DNA of 64,000 nt from an uncultured Verrucomicrobiae bacterium (GCA_963702845.1 OY969763.1:3488001-3552000); one strand, 5' to 3'. Shown: positions 48,403-58,496, numbered from the stretch's first letter. Notes: a model not told the origin generated them from the sequence alone. Numbers and translations are program-made.

Positions 48403-51400
48403 CTAGTGACCAATAAGGACGAGGTTGTGGTTTGCGCCGGTGGCGATGGCGGTCGCAGGTCCGGGTAATTGCGGTGGGTTAAGTTGGCCGTAGGTATTGT
48501 CACCCCAGCAATAGATCGTGCCGTCGTCCGTCAATGCAATCGTGTGAGAGTCGCCGGCGCCGACCTGCATAACGTCGGTCAATTCTTCAGGCGGAGTGCA
48601 TTGGCCAAACGTATTGTCGCCCCAACAGATCGCGGTGAGTTGACCATAGTCATCGTACCCCGTCGCGACGCTGTGGAACTTCCCGGCGGCGATTGCCGAG
48701 GGAGGAAAGTAGTACCGCCCGCTGGGGGTAAGAATTGACCAGTTCACGCGGGATGGGATGTCGATTTCTCCGTGGAGGTCGGCGCCCCAGCCGTGGAGTC
48801 CAGCGGTATCGCTCCAATCGAACGAATGGTCACCGCCAGCGGCGATCATGCTGCTGTAGTAGTAGATGTCGCATTGGCCGTTGCTGTTGTCGCCCCATGC
48901 AGCGACTTGATGATTGATGGTCAGGGCGACGTTGTGGTGGTCACCAGCGGCGATGGCGATGATGGTCTTGGGCAAGTTGGTTGGCGCATGGCATTGGCCG
49001 AATTGATTATTCCCCCACCCCACAATTGTTCCGTCGTTGCGCAGCGCGAGGCTGTGACTACGTCCTGCGGAAATGGCGACAACGTTTCGTAATCCAACGG
49101 GAACGGTGCATTGGCCGTCGGCGTTGGATCCCCACGCGACCACGGTGCCGTTGGCGCGAAGCGCGAGGCTGTGGGAACCACCCGCGGCGATAGCGATTGC
49201 GTTAGTAAGGTTTTGCGGCGGCGTGGACTGGCCGGCGCTGTTGTCGCCCCAGGCATAAACTCGCGATGGAACGGGCGCGACGATGAGGTGCGTGGCGGTG
49301 CCGTCGCTGGCAAATCTGTTTTGCGCGCCGACTTCGTAAGTGTCTGAATCGGCGGCAGTGACACTGGGAATCGTAAGGGTCGGGCCATCGACGATGACGC
49401 GCCATCCTGGTCCGGAATTCGGCGGTCCACCAAGGCGGTAGATATTGCGATACCACTCGTAAGCGATGGGTTTATCTCCCGCGATCGCGCGAGTGCGGAG
49501 CGTGACGTCGTGGCCAGTGATGGCGAGTGTGCTCGGCGGAAGCGCGACGAGTTTCGGCCGCACGTGGATTTTGAGATCGCAACTGGCGCTGCTGCGGCCA
49601 AGCGCGTTGGAGACGACGATTGTATATCTGCCGTCGAAGGACGTTGTGACTTTGCGAAGGTGGAGGAACTGGTTGTTCGCACGCGGGATGTTGTGGCCGT
49701 TAAGTTGCCATTGGTACCGCATCGGTTCGGAACCCGAAGCGCTGCAGTAGAAGGTCACGTCGCTGCCGTTTAAGGCGTTTTGCGCGGGCGGTGGCACCTG
49801 GTGCAAGAGTGGTCGTGTGCCGTGAACCGTGATGGTGAAATTGGTCGACGCGAAACCGTAAGCGTTGCTCGCGACAATCGTGTAGCGTCCTGCGTTGGTT
49901 CTCTGCGCGTCGCTTATTTGCAGAAAATTGTATGAGAAACCGGGAAACGGCGGGCGCTCGTGCGGGCGAGGCCAGATCGGTCGACCTTCGCGATACCATT
50001 GAAAGTTGATGGGTTCGGAACCTTTCGCTTGCAGGTAGAAGAAGGCGTTGTCACCAGCACGAACGCTTCTTGACTCAGGCGCGAGGGTGATAGTTGGTTT
50101 TGCGGGTTTGACGTGCAGGTGAGCTGGGCCGCGCGTTACATAGCTGCCGTCCCTGCGCAGAACGGTGGCGGTGTAGTCACCTTCATCGGCGGCTTGCACG
50201 TTGTCGATATCGAGGATGTAACTGTATTGGTAAGGGTAATCTTCACCGTTCCGTTTCCAGTCAACGATGTACACATCGTCTCCATCCAGGATGGGTCTGA
50301 AGGTCGCTTTGCTGCCGGCTTCGATAGTTTGGCTGACAGGTTCAATCGAGAAAGCAGCATCGACAACGACAATGTTGAAGGAGGAGGTTTCGATGTTGGT
50401 GCCGAGGGTGGCGGTGCAGGTGACGACGTTTGTGCCAACTGGAAAGTAGGAGAACGGCAGCGGGTCGCAGGCGACTGTCGCTTCTGGAGCAGCGGTGGCG
50501 AAAGGAAAGTCGACGATGGCGTAGGGTTCACCCGGCTGAACAACGACGGTGATGTCATTCGGGCAGACGAGACCGATGCAACGATTGCCCGGGTGGGCGG
50601 GATCGAATTCGAACGCGCCGATGTCGACGATGGCAACAGGGCCGGTGTTGGTTTTGCTCAAGACATTTCCAGTGCCACCCATGAGCGCACGAGGGTTGTT
50701 GTCAAAATCATTTTGGGGGAGATCCTGGACCATCGCACCGACGTCAATGCCCGGTGAGTTGGTGAGGAGCCGGAAGTTGAAACTTTCAGGGCAAACGAAC
50801 GCCGGCGGCGCGGAAATGTTTCCGTTGATGCCGATTTGCTCGACCATGGTGTAGCTTTGGCTGGGATAGATAAGGTTGTTTTTCCAGTCGGGCAGCACGG
50901 TTTCTCCAAACCGAAAAGTAACCTCCAGTTGAGTGCCGTTGTCTGCGAGCAAATTGTTCGCGAGGTCGTCGCCAGCATCATGACTGTAGGTAGCGAGACG
51001 AATACCGGCGGTATTGCCCACCAATGTGTTGTTGACGACGACGCGGCGGTTTTGTTCGGGCATGTCGAGGTTGATGGCAGCGCAGGCATTGCTGACGAAA
51101 ACGTTATTCGCAATGACAGGCGAGGAGGCGTCGGCAAAGCTGATCGCGCCGTTATGCCACTCGTAGGAAACGTTGTTCTGGAAGGTGTTGTTGATGATGA
51201 GAGGCGAGGCGTCGGTGCCTTCGATGGCTGCGCCGTCTGCGAAGCCGCCCTCGTTCAGTCGGAAAATGTTACTGACGATCGTTGGCGAACTTCCTCCGAG
51301 AGTGATGCCGCCGCCACGAACGGAGAGTCCCTTTTGGATGGTGAAGCCGCGGATTTGGGTGGTGGGTTGTTCGTGAGTCCAACAGGTGATCACCGCGCCC

Positions 51401-51789
51401 CTGTAGTCACCGTCGAGGATCGTTTGTTCCGGACCAGCGGCGCTTTGCAATCTGATTGGCTTGCCTTTGAGGTCGAGGTGTTCGAAATAGATCCCGGGCG
51501 CGACGGTGATGATGGTGATCTGGTTGGTGCGGGCCGCGTCGATTGCGGCCTGGATGGTGGAATAGTCGTGCGGCACGGACGCATAATGGACGTTTGTGTT
51601 GATACTGAGGCCGCTGCCGTTGAATGGCGAACGGGTTGCGTTGGTGTAATCACCGGCGGTCAGTGACGGCGTTTGGGCTGCGGCGAAAACCGCGTTAAAA
51701 CCGAACGCTGAGGCTTCGACTGCTAACATCGTCGCGAGGAGGACGAAGATGAAGATGACGTTGCGGAGTGTTGTTTGGACCCGGTTCAT
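48403..51789 (-). CDS. Large surface protein: beta-helix + HYR-like + Ig-like repeats + RCC1 propeller
   Basis: TIQAAID, parallel beta-helix repeats, VDIGAFE, Y(Q/E)W Ig motifs, repeated IAAGxxHSLAL..GTVVAWG.N..GQ. Confidence 0.85.
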   Translation of the reverse strand: MNRVQTTLRNVIFIFVLLATMLAVEASAFGFNAVFAAAQTPSLTAGDYTNATRSPFNGSGLSINTNVHYASVPHDYSTIQAAIDAARTNQITIITVAPGIYFEHLDLKGKPIRLQSAAGPEQTILDGDYRGAVITCWTHEQPTTQIRGFTIQKGLSVRGGGITLGGSSPTIVSNIFRLNEGGFADGAAIEGTDASPLIINNTFQNNVSYEWHNGAISFADASSPVIANNVFVSNACAAINLDMPEQNRRVVVNNTLVGNTAGIRLATYSHDAGDDLANNLLADNGTQLEVTFRFGETVLPDWKNNLIYPSQSYTMVEQIGINGNISAPPAFVCPESFNFRLLTNSPGIDVGAMVQDLPQNDFDNNPRALMGGTGNVLSKTNTGPVAIVDIGAFEFDPAHPGNRCIGLVCPNDITVVVQPGEPYAIVDFPFATAAPEATVACDPLPFSYFPVGTNVVTCTATLGTNIETSSFNIVVVDAAFSIEPVSQTIEAGSKATFRPILDGDDVYIVDWKRNGEDYPYQYSYILDIDNVQAADEGDYTATVLRRDGSYVTRGPAHLHVKPAKPTITLAPESRSVRAGDNAFFYLQAKGSEPINFQWYREGRPIWPRPHERPPFPGFSYNFLQISDAQRTNAGRYTIVASNAYGFASTNFTITVHGTRPLLHQVPPPAQNALNGSDVTFYCSASGSEPMRYQWQLNGHNIPRANNQFLHLRKVTTSFDGRYTIVVSNALGRSSASCDLKIHVRPKLVALPPSTLAITGHDVTLRTRAIAGDKPIAYEWYRNIYRLGGPPNSGPGWRVIVDGPTLTIPSVTAADSDTYEVGAQNRFASDGTATHLIVAPVPSRVYAWGDNSAGQSTPPQNLTNAIAIAAGGSHSLALRANGTVVAWGSNADGQCTVPVGLRNVVAISAGRSHSLALRNDGTIVGWGNNQFGQCHAPTNLPKTIIAIAAGDHHNVALTINHQVAAWGDNSNGQCDIYYYSSMIAAGGDHSFDWSDTAGLHGWGADLHGEIDIPSRVNWSILTPSGRYYFPPSAIAAGKFHSVATGYDDYGQLTAICWGDNTFGQCTPPEELTDVMQVGAGDSHTIALTDDGTIYCWGDNTYGQLNPPQLPGPATAIATGANHNLVLIGH

Positions 51790-51922
51790 TTTGGTTGCGC
51801 AGGAGGTCCGTGCCCGACCGCATGCGCAGCGATTATGCCCGGGTAAAACCCACCGTCAAGTGAATGGAAGAGCGGTTCGTCTGCGGACGTATTAAGCCGG
51901 ATCTTCAGAAGTCACTTTGCCG

Positions 51923-52057
51923 TTAACATGCGTTGATGAGCGAGGTGAGAATTAAGGGCGAGATCGGAATGCGAACATGCAACCGAAAGCCCATTTTGTG
52001 CAGCAGCGAGCGCACGATTTTTTCGGGCTTTGTGTCCCTGCCCTTGATCCGGCTCAT
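51923..52057 (-). pseudogene. vsr: Truncated second copy of vsr
   Basis: MSRIKGRDTKPEKIVRSLLHKMGFRLHVRIP...*, closely matching the N-terminal part of Vsr at 47112-47585. Confidence 0.85.
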
Positions 52058-52322
52058 GTTTGGCTTCCCAAGCCCGCCACGAGTGAGGTGCCCCATAAGA
52101 GACGTTCGCGTTGCGAAATGTGGTCAGCTCCGGCGCTCTTTGGTTAATCGATCTTTGGATACGAATTTCACTAACTCTAAAAATAGCCACAAAAAGGCAC
52201 AGAAGGCACAAAATTAGAAAATGCGGACGGCATAACGCAAGAGCGGACGACGGGAGATTTGAACAAATTATTTTGTTGTTCGCTGCCGCGAACCGTGCGA
52301 ATCGTCCCTACCATGGATGGTA

Positions 52323-52856
52323 TTAAGCGAGCTGCCGTTTACTGTGTCTCTTCGGTTTCGTGAATCGTTCGCCCGGTTTGCCGAGGCAGTTCGTCGCTAG
52401 AGCAAACCCTTCTTCATCCACCTGGGGGACTTCGCATTCGATCCAATAGTCGTGGATGTTTTTCAGGATCTTCTTAAATCCATCAAGATGATCCGGCTTT
52501 ACAACGAAGGAACTGGCGCCGAGAACGTAGGCGGTGCGAATATCGTCATCATCATGTGATGAAGACATCATGATCACCGGAATAACCGACAGCGCCGGAT
52601 GATTCTTGAGAAATTCCAGAACGGTGAAGCCGTCCCCGGGCGTCATGTTGAGGTCAGTAATGACAAAAGACGGAAACTCGAATTTAGAACGATTTGCGTA
52701 TTTACCTTCGCCGTCCAAGTAGGCCACCGCATCGTCCCCGCTGGTGGCAAGCTGGATATGATACCGATTACTGAATGAGCGGAATGCGCGTTCGATAAAA
52801 ATACGACTCGCCTCGTCATCGTCGATAACCAGAACTGTGGCGTTCCGCGCCTTCAT
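52323..52856 (-). CDS. Single-domain response regulator
   Basis: VLVIDDD, ITDLNMTPGDG, MSSS, SFVVKP. Confidence 0.9.
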   Translation of the reverse strand: MKARNATVLVIDDDEASRIFIERAFRSFSNRYHIQLATSGDDAVAYLDGEGKYANRSKFEFPSFVITDLNMTPGDGFTVLEFLKNHPALSVIPVIMMSSSHDDDDIRTAYVLGASSFVVKPDHLDGFKKILKNIHDYWIECEVPQVDEEGFALATNCLGKPGERFTKPKRHSKRQLA

Positions 52857-53332
52857 CACCTCGCAATAGAACACAAAACGGTAAGTATGGAATTGGGAAA
52901 CAGCCTGTTTCTGCTGCGAGTCCTATAGTGTTTTACGGTCACTAATTGTGTCGGCTAAAGACAAAGACTGCGGCAGCAAGCAGCATGGCTATTCCAACCA
53001 TGAGAATCCAGGAGTTCAAACTCACCGTGTCAAGTTACGGCTCAAAACAGGGTCGATTCCACCTTATGTCCGAATGCGGGAAAGCTGGTGACGGAAAATT
53101 CAACGCAAAGTCGCAAAGTAGCGAAGGCGCAAAGATCAAAGGATGGAAAACGAACCCCCTCATCTGCGCTACTGACCGCTAATCCAAGGTGCGATTAATT
53201 ATGACCCGGTAGAAGACGGTCCGCGCAGCGCGACGAGCGGCGGGCCCTACCTTTTGAATCAAGCTCTCCGGCCGCCAGCGGGAGAAACATGCAGCATCCG
53301 TTCCCGACTTCTTAACCTCACAACATCTTCCC

Positions 53333-53710
53333 TCACCTTTCAGTGCGCACCATCGCGATGACAACTTCCGTCGAGAGACCGATGTCTTTGAGGTAATTAA
53401 CGTCCACAATTGACAGCTTGAAATCGGCGTGAGATCGATTGACGTATCGCAAAAGCTTTTGGTTTTCGAACCCGTGATGATACAGCCAGACCACTTCCGC
53501 AGCTTCCGGAGAAATATCTTCTGGCAGCAAACCTACAGACGGGGAAACCAATTTATTCGCCCCTTTCGAGCCTGACGCTCTAGCGTCCCTGGCCCGGGCT
53601 GGAGTCGCTGCAAACAAAAGGGTCAAAACCGCACAGAACACCATCGCGGACAAAATCCTTGTTTTCGCCTGCTTGAAAAGAGAATTCGAAATCTTGATCG
53701 TGACTCTCAT
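53333..53710 (-). CDS. Small exported protein, paralogous to the core domain of the neighbouring gene
   Basis: LLRYVNRSH.DF...VNYL.DIG..TEVV.AM shared with 53782-54942. Confidence 0.75.
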   Translation of the reverse strand: MRVTIKISNSLFKQAKTRILSAMVFCAVLTLLFAATPARARDARASGSKGANKLVSPSVGLLPEDISPEAAEVVWLYHHGFENQKLLRYVNRSHADFKLSIVDVNYLKDIGLSTEVVIAMVRTER

Positions 53711-53781
53711 CGGGGAATTTTACCCGAACGGAGCCACCCTGAGCAATTCTGCATTTCGTCCGCAAACCTACGTACGAGCCA

Positions 53782-54942
53782 TTATCGTCTAGCCCCGCCA
53801 CGGCCGCCACCGCCACCGCCTCTGCTACCTCCGCTCGGTCTTGCCGCACCACCGCCTCCACCACCAGCGCCACCACCGCCATTCGGACGCATTCCGCCGC
53901 CGCCGCCGTTGAGTCTTCCACCACCTTGGCCATCGCCACCACCATTTGGACGGTTACCCCCGTTATTGCCGCCATTGCCATTCCAATTGCCATTGCCATT
54001 CCAATTGCGGTTCACCGTAGTGTTCCAATCACCGCCCCAGGATCCACCCCAGCCGCCCCCGTAGCCTGCACCCCAACCGAGACCGTATCCGCCGTACGGG
54101 TATCCACCCCCATATCCATATGGGTAGCCATAATCGTAGGCATCAGTGTTCTCGTGTTGTTCGTAGTAATTTGGAAAACTTCCCGCGCTGCTGTCCGAAC
54201 TGCTCCCGGGCGCGGCTTCCATCGACTGCTCAGGTTGCTGGGCGACAGGCGGTTGATTCTCAGGTGGCGGCGCAGCACCCGCAGCTTCTTCCACGTATTG
54301 TCGTTGCATTTTCGCTTCGGCGACTCTCTCACGCGCCGATTGCGGCCGGATCATGGCAACGACAACCTCCGTCGGCACCCCGATGTCTTCCAGGTAGTTC
54401 ACGCTGTGGAGGTTCATTCCGAAGTCGAGATGCGAACGATTAACGTAGCGTAACAAAGCGTCCCCATTCGCCCCTTTCCGAAAAAGTTTGATCACGTGGG
54501 CCGTGCCTTGCGAAAGATCCTTCGGCATGACCGGCGGAGGGAGTCCGTTTCGCATCGGATTGGCCGGAAAGTCCGGCATGGCCCCGGGCACCTGAGCTTG
54601 AGGAGCCGGAAGGGTCGAAGGCGCCGGCGCGGGCTCAGGGACCGGCATTGGCTGCGAGGCGTCGGGACTTTGCGTGGGTTCGGGATTCGGCGCAGCTTGA
54701 GGACTGGGTATGGTCTGAGGATTCGGCACAGCTTGAGGAGTTGGGACGGTCTCAGCCTGGGGAGTCGGCGTGGTCTCAGGAGTCGGAATTGCCTGGGGGA
54801 CCGGAGCGGCCACGGGAGCCGGAGTTGTCGGAGGGCCCACTTGCTTTAAAGTGTTGCTATCTCCCTTGCTGGCCGAAGTCACTGCTAGCAACAACGCCAC
54901 TGCTCCGCTCGCGAGCACCGTGAATGAAACCCGGGTTTTCAT
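53782..54942 (-). CDS. Exported low-complexity protein (Pro-rich linker, helical core, Tyr/Gly-rich tail)
   Basis: Signal peptide, PTPQA-type repeats, YGYPYGYGGG, NWNG repeats, poly-Gly tail. Confidence 0.8.
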   Translation of the reverse strand: MKTRVSFTVLASGAVALLLAVTSASKGDSNTLKQVGPPTTPAPVAAPVPQAIPTPETTPTPQAETVPTPQAVPNPQTIPSPQAAPNPEPTQSPDASQPMPVPEPAPAPSTLPAPQAQVPGAMPDFPANPMRNGLPPPVMPKDLSQGTAHVIKLFRKGANGDALLRYVNRSHLDFGMNLHSVNYLEDIGVPTEVVVAMIRPQSARERVAEAKMQRQYVEEAAGAAPPPENQPPVAQQPEQSMEAAPGSSSDSSAGSFPNYYEQHENTDAYDYGYPYGYGGGYPYGGYGLGWGAGYGGGWGGSWGGDWNTTVNRNWNGNGNWNGNGGNNGGNRPNGGGDGQGGGRLNGGGGGMRPNGGGGAGGGGGGAARPSGGSRGGGGGGRGGARR

Positions 54943-55192
54943 AATTAACTCCCACTTTTAGGTCGCCATAGGGGCAATGCTGGCGACACTCCTCTGGTGT
55001 CAAACTAAGGCATGATTGCTTTTGCGCAATCGCTGGAATCGATCACAAATAGCGAACTGAAAATTGAAAGTTTGAACGGACTGATTTTCCACTACACCCC
55101 CGTTCAGGCGTGTTCCCAATAGCGAAACCAACCTCTGCGGTTACCGTAATACAGGGAAGCATGAGCTTCCCGAAACAATAGGAGGAAGAATT

Positions 55193-55318
55193 ATGGTCGG
55201 CTTGATGATGGTTCCGATGTTTGGCGCGATCGGCTATTCAATATTGTATCTGTTGTTCGGCGGCGGGTTGTTGGGTGCGGTGGTGATCTTTTTCATCGCG
55301 CGTGCGTTTGGGCGTTAA
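55193..55318 (+). CDS. 41-aa hydrophobic membrane peptide
   Basis: AGGAGG Shine-Dalgarno; MVGLMMVPMFGAIGYSILYLLFGGGLLGAVVIFFIARAFGR. Confidence 0.7.
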   Translation: MVGLMMVPMFGAIGYSILYLLFGGGLLGAVVIFFIARAFGR

Positions 55319-55333
55319 TCGAGTGGCGAAGCT

Positions 55334-55401
55334 TTGGACTGCGCCAGCCCTCTGGTGCTGTCGAACCGGGAAAAAAGCGCCAGAGGACTGGCGCAGTCCA
55401 A
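55334..55401. repeat. REP-like inverted repeat
   Basis: TTGGACTGCGCCAGCCCTCTGGTGCT ... AGCGCCAGAGGACTGGCGCAGTCCAA. Confidence 0.8.
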
Positions 55402-55434
55402 GACGCTCCGCGAGTTATTTGGTCTTGGTTTGGC

Positions 55435-55655
55435 TTACGGCGCCCGGAAACGATAGAAGCGCGTGGGGGCGTTTGTCGCGGGAATGTCGGTCACCGGGAT
55501 TGCGCTGCTACAGGCGTTTGTCACGATGCCGATTTGGACCCAGTTGGTCAGATCAGTTGACGAGTCGATGGCATAAATCTGATTGGGATCGCCTTGGACG
55601 ACGAATTGGAATCCGCCGGGACCTTTCGTTGAATAATCCGATGTCCACGATTTCG
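55435..55655 (-). pseudogene. Orphan C-terminal domain fragment of a secreted protein
   Basis: GGFQFVVQGDPNQIYAIDSSTDLTNWVQIG...TDIPATNAPTRFYRFRAP*, no in-frame start after the upstream TGA. Confidence 0.6.
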
Positions 55656-55666
55656 TTCATCGTTCA

Positions 55667-57139
55667 TCAAGATTCTTTCGCTTTTTTGTTCCGCTTCTTC
55701 GCTTTGCCTTTTCCATCTTTCGATAACTCAGGTGTCTCGCCCTGGTCTTTGGTTTCTTTGATCCAATTTTGCAACGCGTCTCGCAGCCGTTTCAACGCGG
55801 CCTGGTCTTGAGGATCGCTCGAGTTCGCCAGATTTTTTATTTCATGAGGATCGGATTGGAGGTCGTAAAGTTCCTCGTCCGGCATGCGTGGAGCGCAAAG
55901 GACGGCTTGCACCGGCGTCAATTTATTAGCGGCGTTTAATTCTTTGAGCAGGTTCCAGACGGGATATTGCTTCTCTTTATAATTGTTTGGCGCGAGGAAC
56001 GGCACCTCCGGGGTGAAGTTGCGGATGTAACGGTAGTGTGCGTCGCGCACGGTGCGGATGCGCATGGCGGTTTCATCGCAGCGATCGCGCGCACCGAAAA
56101 TATATTCTTTTGGTTTGCCGGTCTTTTCACCAAGGAATGGCCTGCCCTGCATTTTCGATGGAATGTCTGTTCCCACCCAGGACAGCATCGTTGGTGCGAG
56201 ATCGATTGCTTCCAACAAACGGTCATCCACCGAACCCGGGCGGAAGTTTTTCGGGGCGGTGATCGACTTGGGCCAACGGATGATGAGTGGAACGTGCAAT
56301 CCTTCTTCGTAGCAAAATTGTTTTCCGCGCACGTGCGCTTCGCCATTGTCGCCGATGAACAGGATGATGGTGTTTTCAGCAAGGCCTTCTTTCTTCAATT
56401 GATCGAGTATCAAGCCGACTTTGCGATCGAGTTCCATCATGGCATCGAGGTAGCGCGCGTAATCCTGCCGTGTGATGGGGTGATCCGGGTAATAGGGCGG
56501 CAATTCAATTTTGGATGGATCAGCCTTGTTCGGTCCATTGAACTTGCGATGTGTTTCATGGAAGTTGATCTGCGCGAAAAAGGGTTGGTGCGAGCTTAAA
56601 TCCGACCAATCGCTGGAATCGAAATCCGGCGCGGGCGAAAGAAAATTCCAGTCGGTTTTCCCGGCGCCTTTGAACCCGAACGAGTCGGGAAGCTTCTCCA
56701 CGTTGGCTGTGAAATAACCGGCATCCCGCATCCAATGAGGCAGGACGCGCACGCCTTCGGGAAGCGGCTTTTTATTCTCAGTCCGGTGCTGATGCGCGCC
56801 GATGGTCGTTTGATACATGCCCGTCATGAAGGCTGAGCGTGCCGGCGAGCAGACAGGAGACGTGGTATAAAAATGGTTGTAGCGCACACCTTGGTGCGCG
56901 AGCCGATCGAGGTTGGGCGTAGAAACGTTTTTCTGCCCGTAGCATCCCAATGCGGGTCCGAGATCTTCGGCGATGAGCCAGAGAATATTCGGCTTTGCGG
57001 CATTGGCGGCAGGAGCCGGGACGGTCGCGCAAAGGATGATCGCGCTACAAAGACATAAAGCCAGATGTCGCCAAAGGGAGCGGAGTTGCCTTTTCATGTC
57101 CTTGAAAGGACGGTGAAATGTTGTGTGGGGTTTCATCAA
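55667..57139 (-). CDS. Sulfatase (formylglycine-dependent), exported; start possibly 57097
   Basis: PNILWLIAEDL, CSPARSAFMTG, GDNG, ELYDL..DPHE. Confidence 0.93.
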   Translation of the reverse strand: MMKPHTTFHRPFKDMKRQLRSLWRHLALCLCSAIILCATVPAPAANAAKPNILWLIAEDLGPALGCYGQKNVSTPNLDRLAHQGVRYNHFYTTSPVCSPARSAFMTGMYQTTIGAHQHRTENKKPLPEGVRVLPHWMRDAGYFTANVEKLPDSFGFKGAGKTDWNFLSPAPDFDSSDWSDLSSHQPFFAQINFHETHRKFNGPNKADPSKIELPPYYPDHPITRQDYARYLDAMMELDRKVGLILDQLKKEGLAENTIILFIGDNGEAHVRGKQFCYEEGLHVPLIIRWPKSITAPKNFRPGSVDDRLLEAIDLAPTMLSWVGTDIPSKMQGRPFLGEKTGKPKEYIFGARDRCDETAMRIRTVRDAHYRYIRNFTPEVPFLAPNNYKEKQYPVWNLLKELNAANKLTPVQAVLCAPRMPDEELYDLQSDPHEIKNLANSSDPQDQAALKRLRDALQNWIKETKDQGETPELSKDGKGKAKKRNKKAKES

Positions 57140-57161
57140 GGTTTTTTGTTTGTCAGTAACA

Positions 57162-58412
57162 TCAGAACGTCAGCCGGACCGTCCGCCACTCACGATCCTT
57201 GTAAGCGTGGTGCGCGCGAGGATAGGTCAGCACGATCTCGTGCGTTTCGCGGTCTTCGAACATCGACAGGTGCGAGATGTCGAGCCGGCCTTGCGCGTCG
57301 TCTTCAGGACGATGTGTATCGATGGTCACGATGGTTTTGCGGATGAGTCGGAAGGTTTGCGGGTCCACTTCGCCGATGACCAGCGGGTAGCGTGGAAGGT
57401 TTCCCGCACAGTTGGTCGCAGTGAGGTTCCCGGCCCAAAAACAGCGACCACTTGAATGCATGAGGAGCGCAGACATGCTGCTGGGGGAGTAAGCGGGCGT
57501 GCCATCATCGTAGGTCAGTGGTTCCGGTTTCGACCATGTGAGTCCGTCGTTGATTGAGATCGACGTCCATTTGGAGCTGGGGAGTTCGTTGTGTGGATCG
57601 CTTTTGCCACCGTTGCTACCGCGCATGACCATGAGAATTCGGCCATCAGGAAACTCGGTCAGCGTAGGTTCGATCAGTCCGCGCGTGGTGCGCAATGGAT
57701 CGCTACGGACGCGATCTGAAATTTTCCAGGTGAGACGGTTGTGGTTGGTCCACGTGCCAATGAGGACGAGGACGTCGGTATAGGTGTGGCCGCCGCTGGG
57801 GTTGTAGAGTTTGTTGTCAGGACCGATGGGTGTGGCTTGTGTCGGAACGAGGATTTTGCCGGAGCACGTAGCCACGGGAATGCAGCCGACGTCGCCCAGA
57901 TAGATTGCGTTGGTGCCGATCCAAACACCGTCGACGGGATGTTTGGCGTCGAAGCTCCCCTGCTCTACGATCGGTTCGTCGAGGAGCCATGTGCGCGCGG
58001 CGTCCAGGGAAACGCGGTAGCGAAGGTAGTAAGTTTGTTGGGCGATTTTCGGTTCGTGCGCTTTTGGGTCGAGGTTGGGTGTGTCGAGGGAATTGAGGAT
58101 GTTGACGAGCCGTCCGGTGTGAGGGTCGAGCACGGTGGTAACGGAATCGCGGCGGTAACCGAAAGGAAGGTTGGTTTGAAACTTGGTTTGTGGTGTGAAG
58201 GCATTCCAGGTGCGACCGTTGTCGGTTGAGAGTTGGCCGGGACTGATTAGCCGGGAGGTTGTTGAATCGGCGTAGTAAGCGCGGTAGTAGCTGGGTTGGT
58301 TTGTGGAAACGGTGCGTTGAATGACTGCAAGCGGATTGCGAGCGCGAGGTTGGGAAATACAACCGGACGCAAGACAGATGAGCGCGACGAGCAGTTGGAG
58401 CGGCTTGTTCAA
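57162..58412 (-). CDS. Sialidase/BNR-repeat lipoprotein
   Basis: LASGC lipobox; Asp-boxes STDNGRTW, SLDAARTW and SINDGLTW; start set at TTG 58412. Confidence 0.75.
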   Translation of the reverse strand: MNKPLQLLVALICLASGCISQPRARNPLAVIQRTVSTNQPSYYRAYYADSTTSRLISPGQLSTDNGRTWNAFTPQTKFQTNLPFGYRRDSVTTVLDPHTGRLVNILNSLDTPNLDPKAHEPKIAQQTYYLRYRVSLDAARTWLLDEPIVEQGSFDAKHPVDGVWIGTNAIYLGDVGCIPVATCSGKILVPTQATPIGPDNKLYNPSGGHTYTDVLVLIGTWTNHNRLTWKISDRVRSDPLRTTRGLIEPTLTEFPDGRILMVMRGSNGGKSDPHNELPSSKWTSISINDGLTWSKPEPLTYDDGTPAYSPSSMSALLMHSSGRCFWAGNLTATNCAGNLPRYPLVIGEVDPQTFRLIRKTIVTIDTHRPEDDAQGRLDISHLSMFEDRETHEIVLTYPRAHHAYKDREWRTVRLTF

Positions 58413-58496
58413 GACGGCATTTTTATCGGAATGTGGAACAATCCCACGCGAAAGAGAAGTTTGAGCGGACTGGCGCGGGCTGCTAGAAATAGAAGC

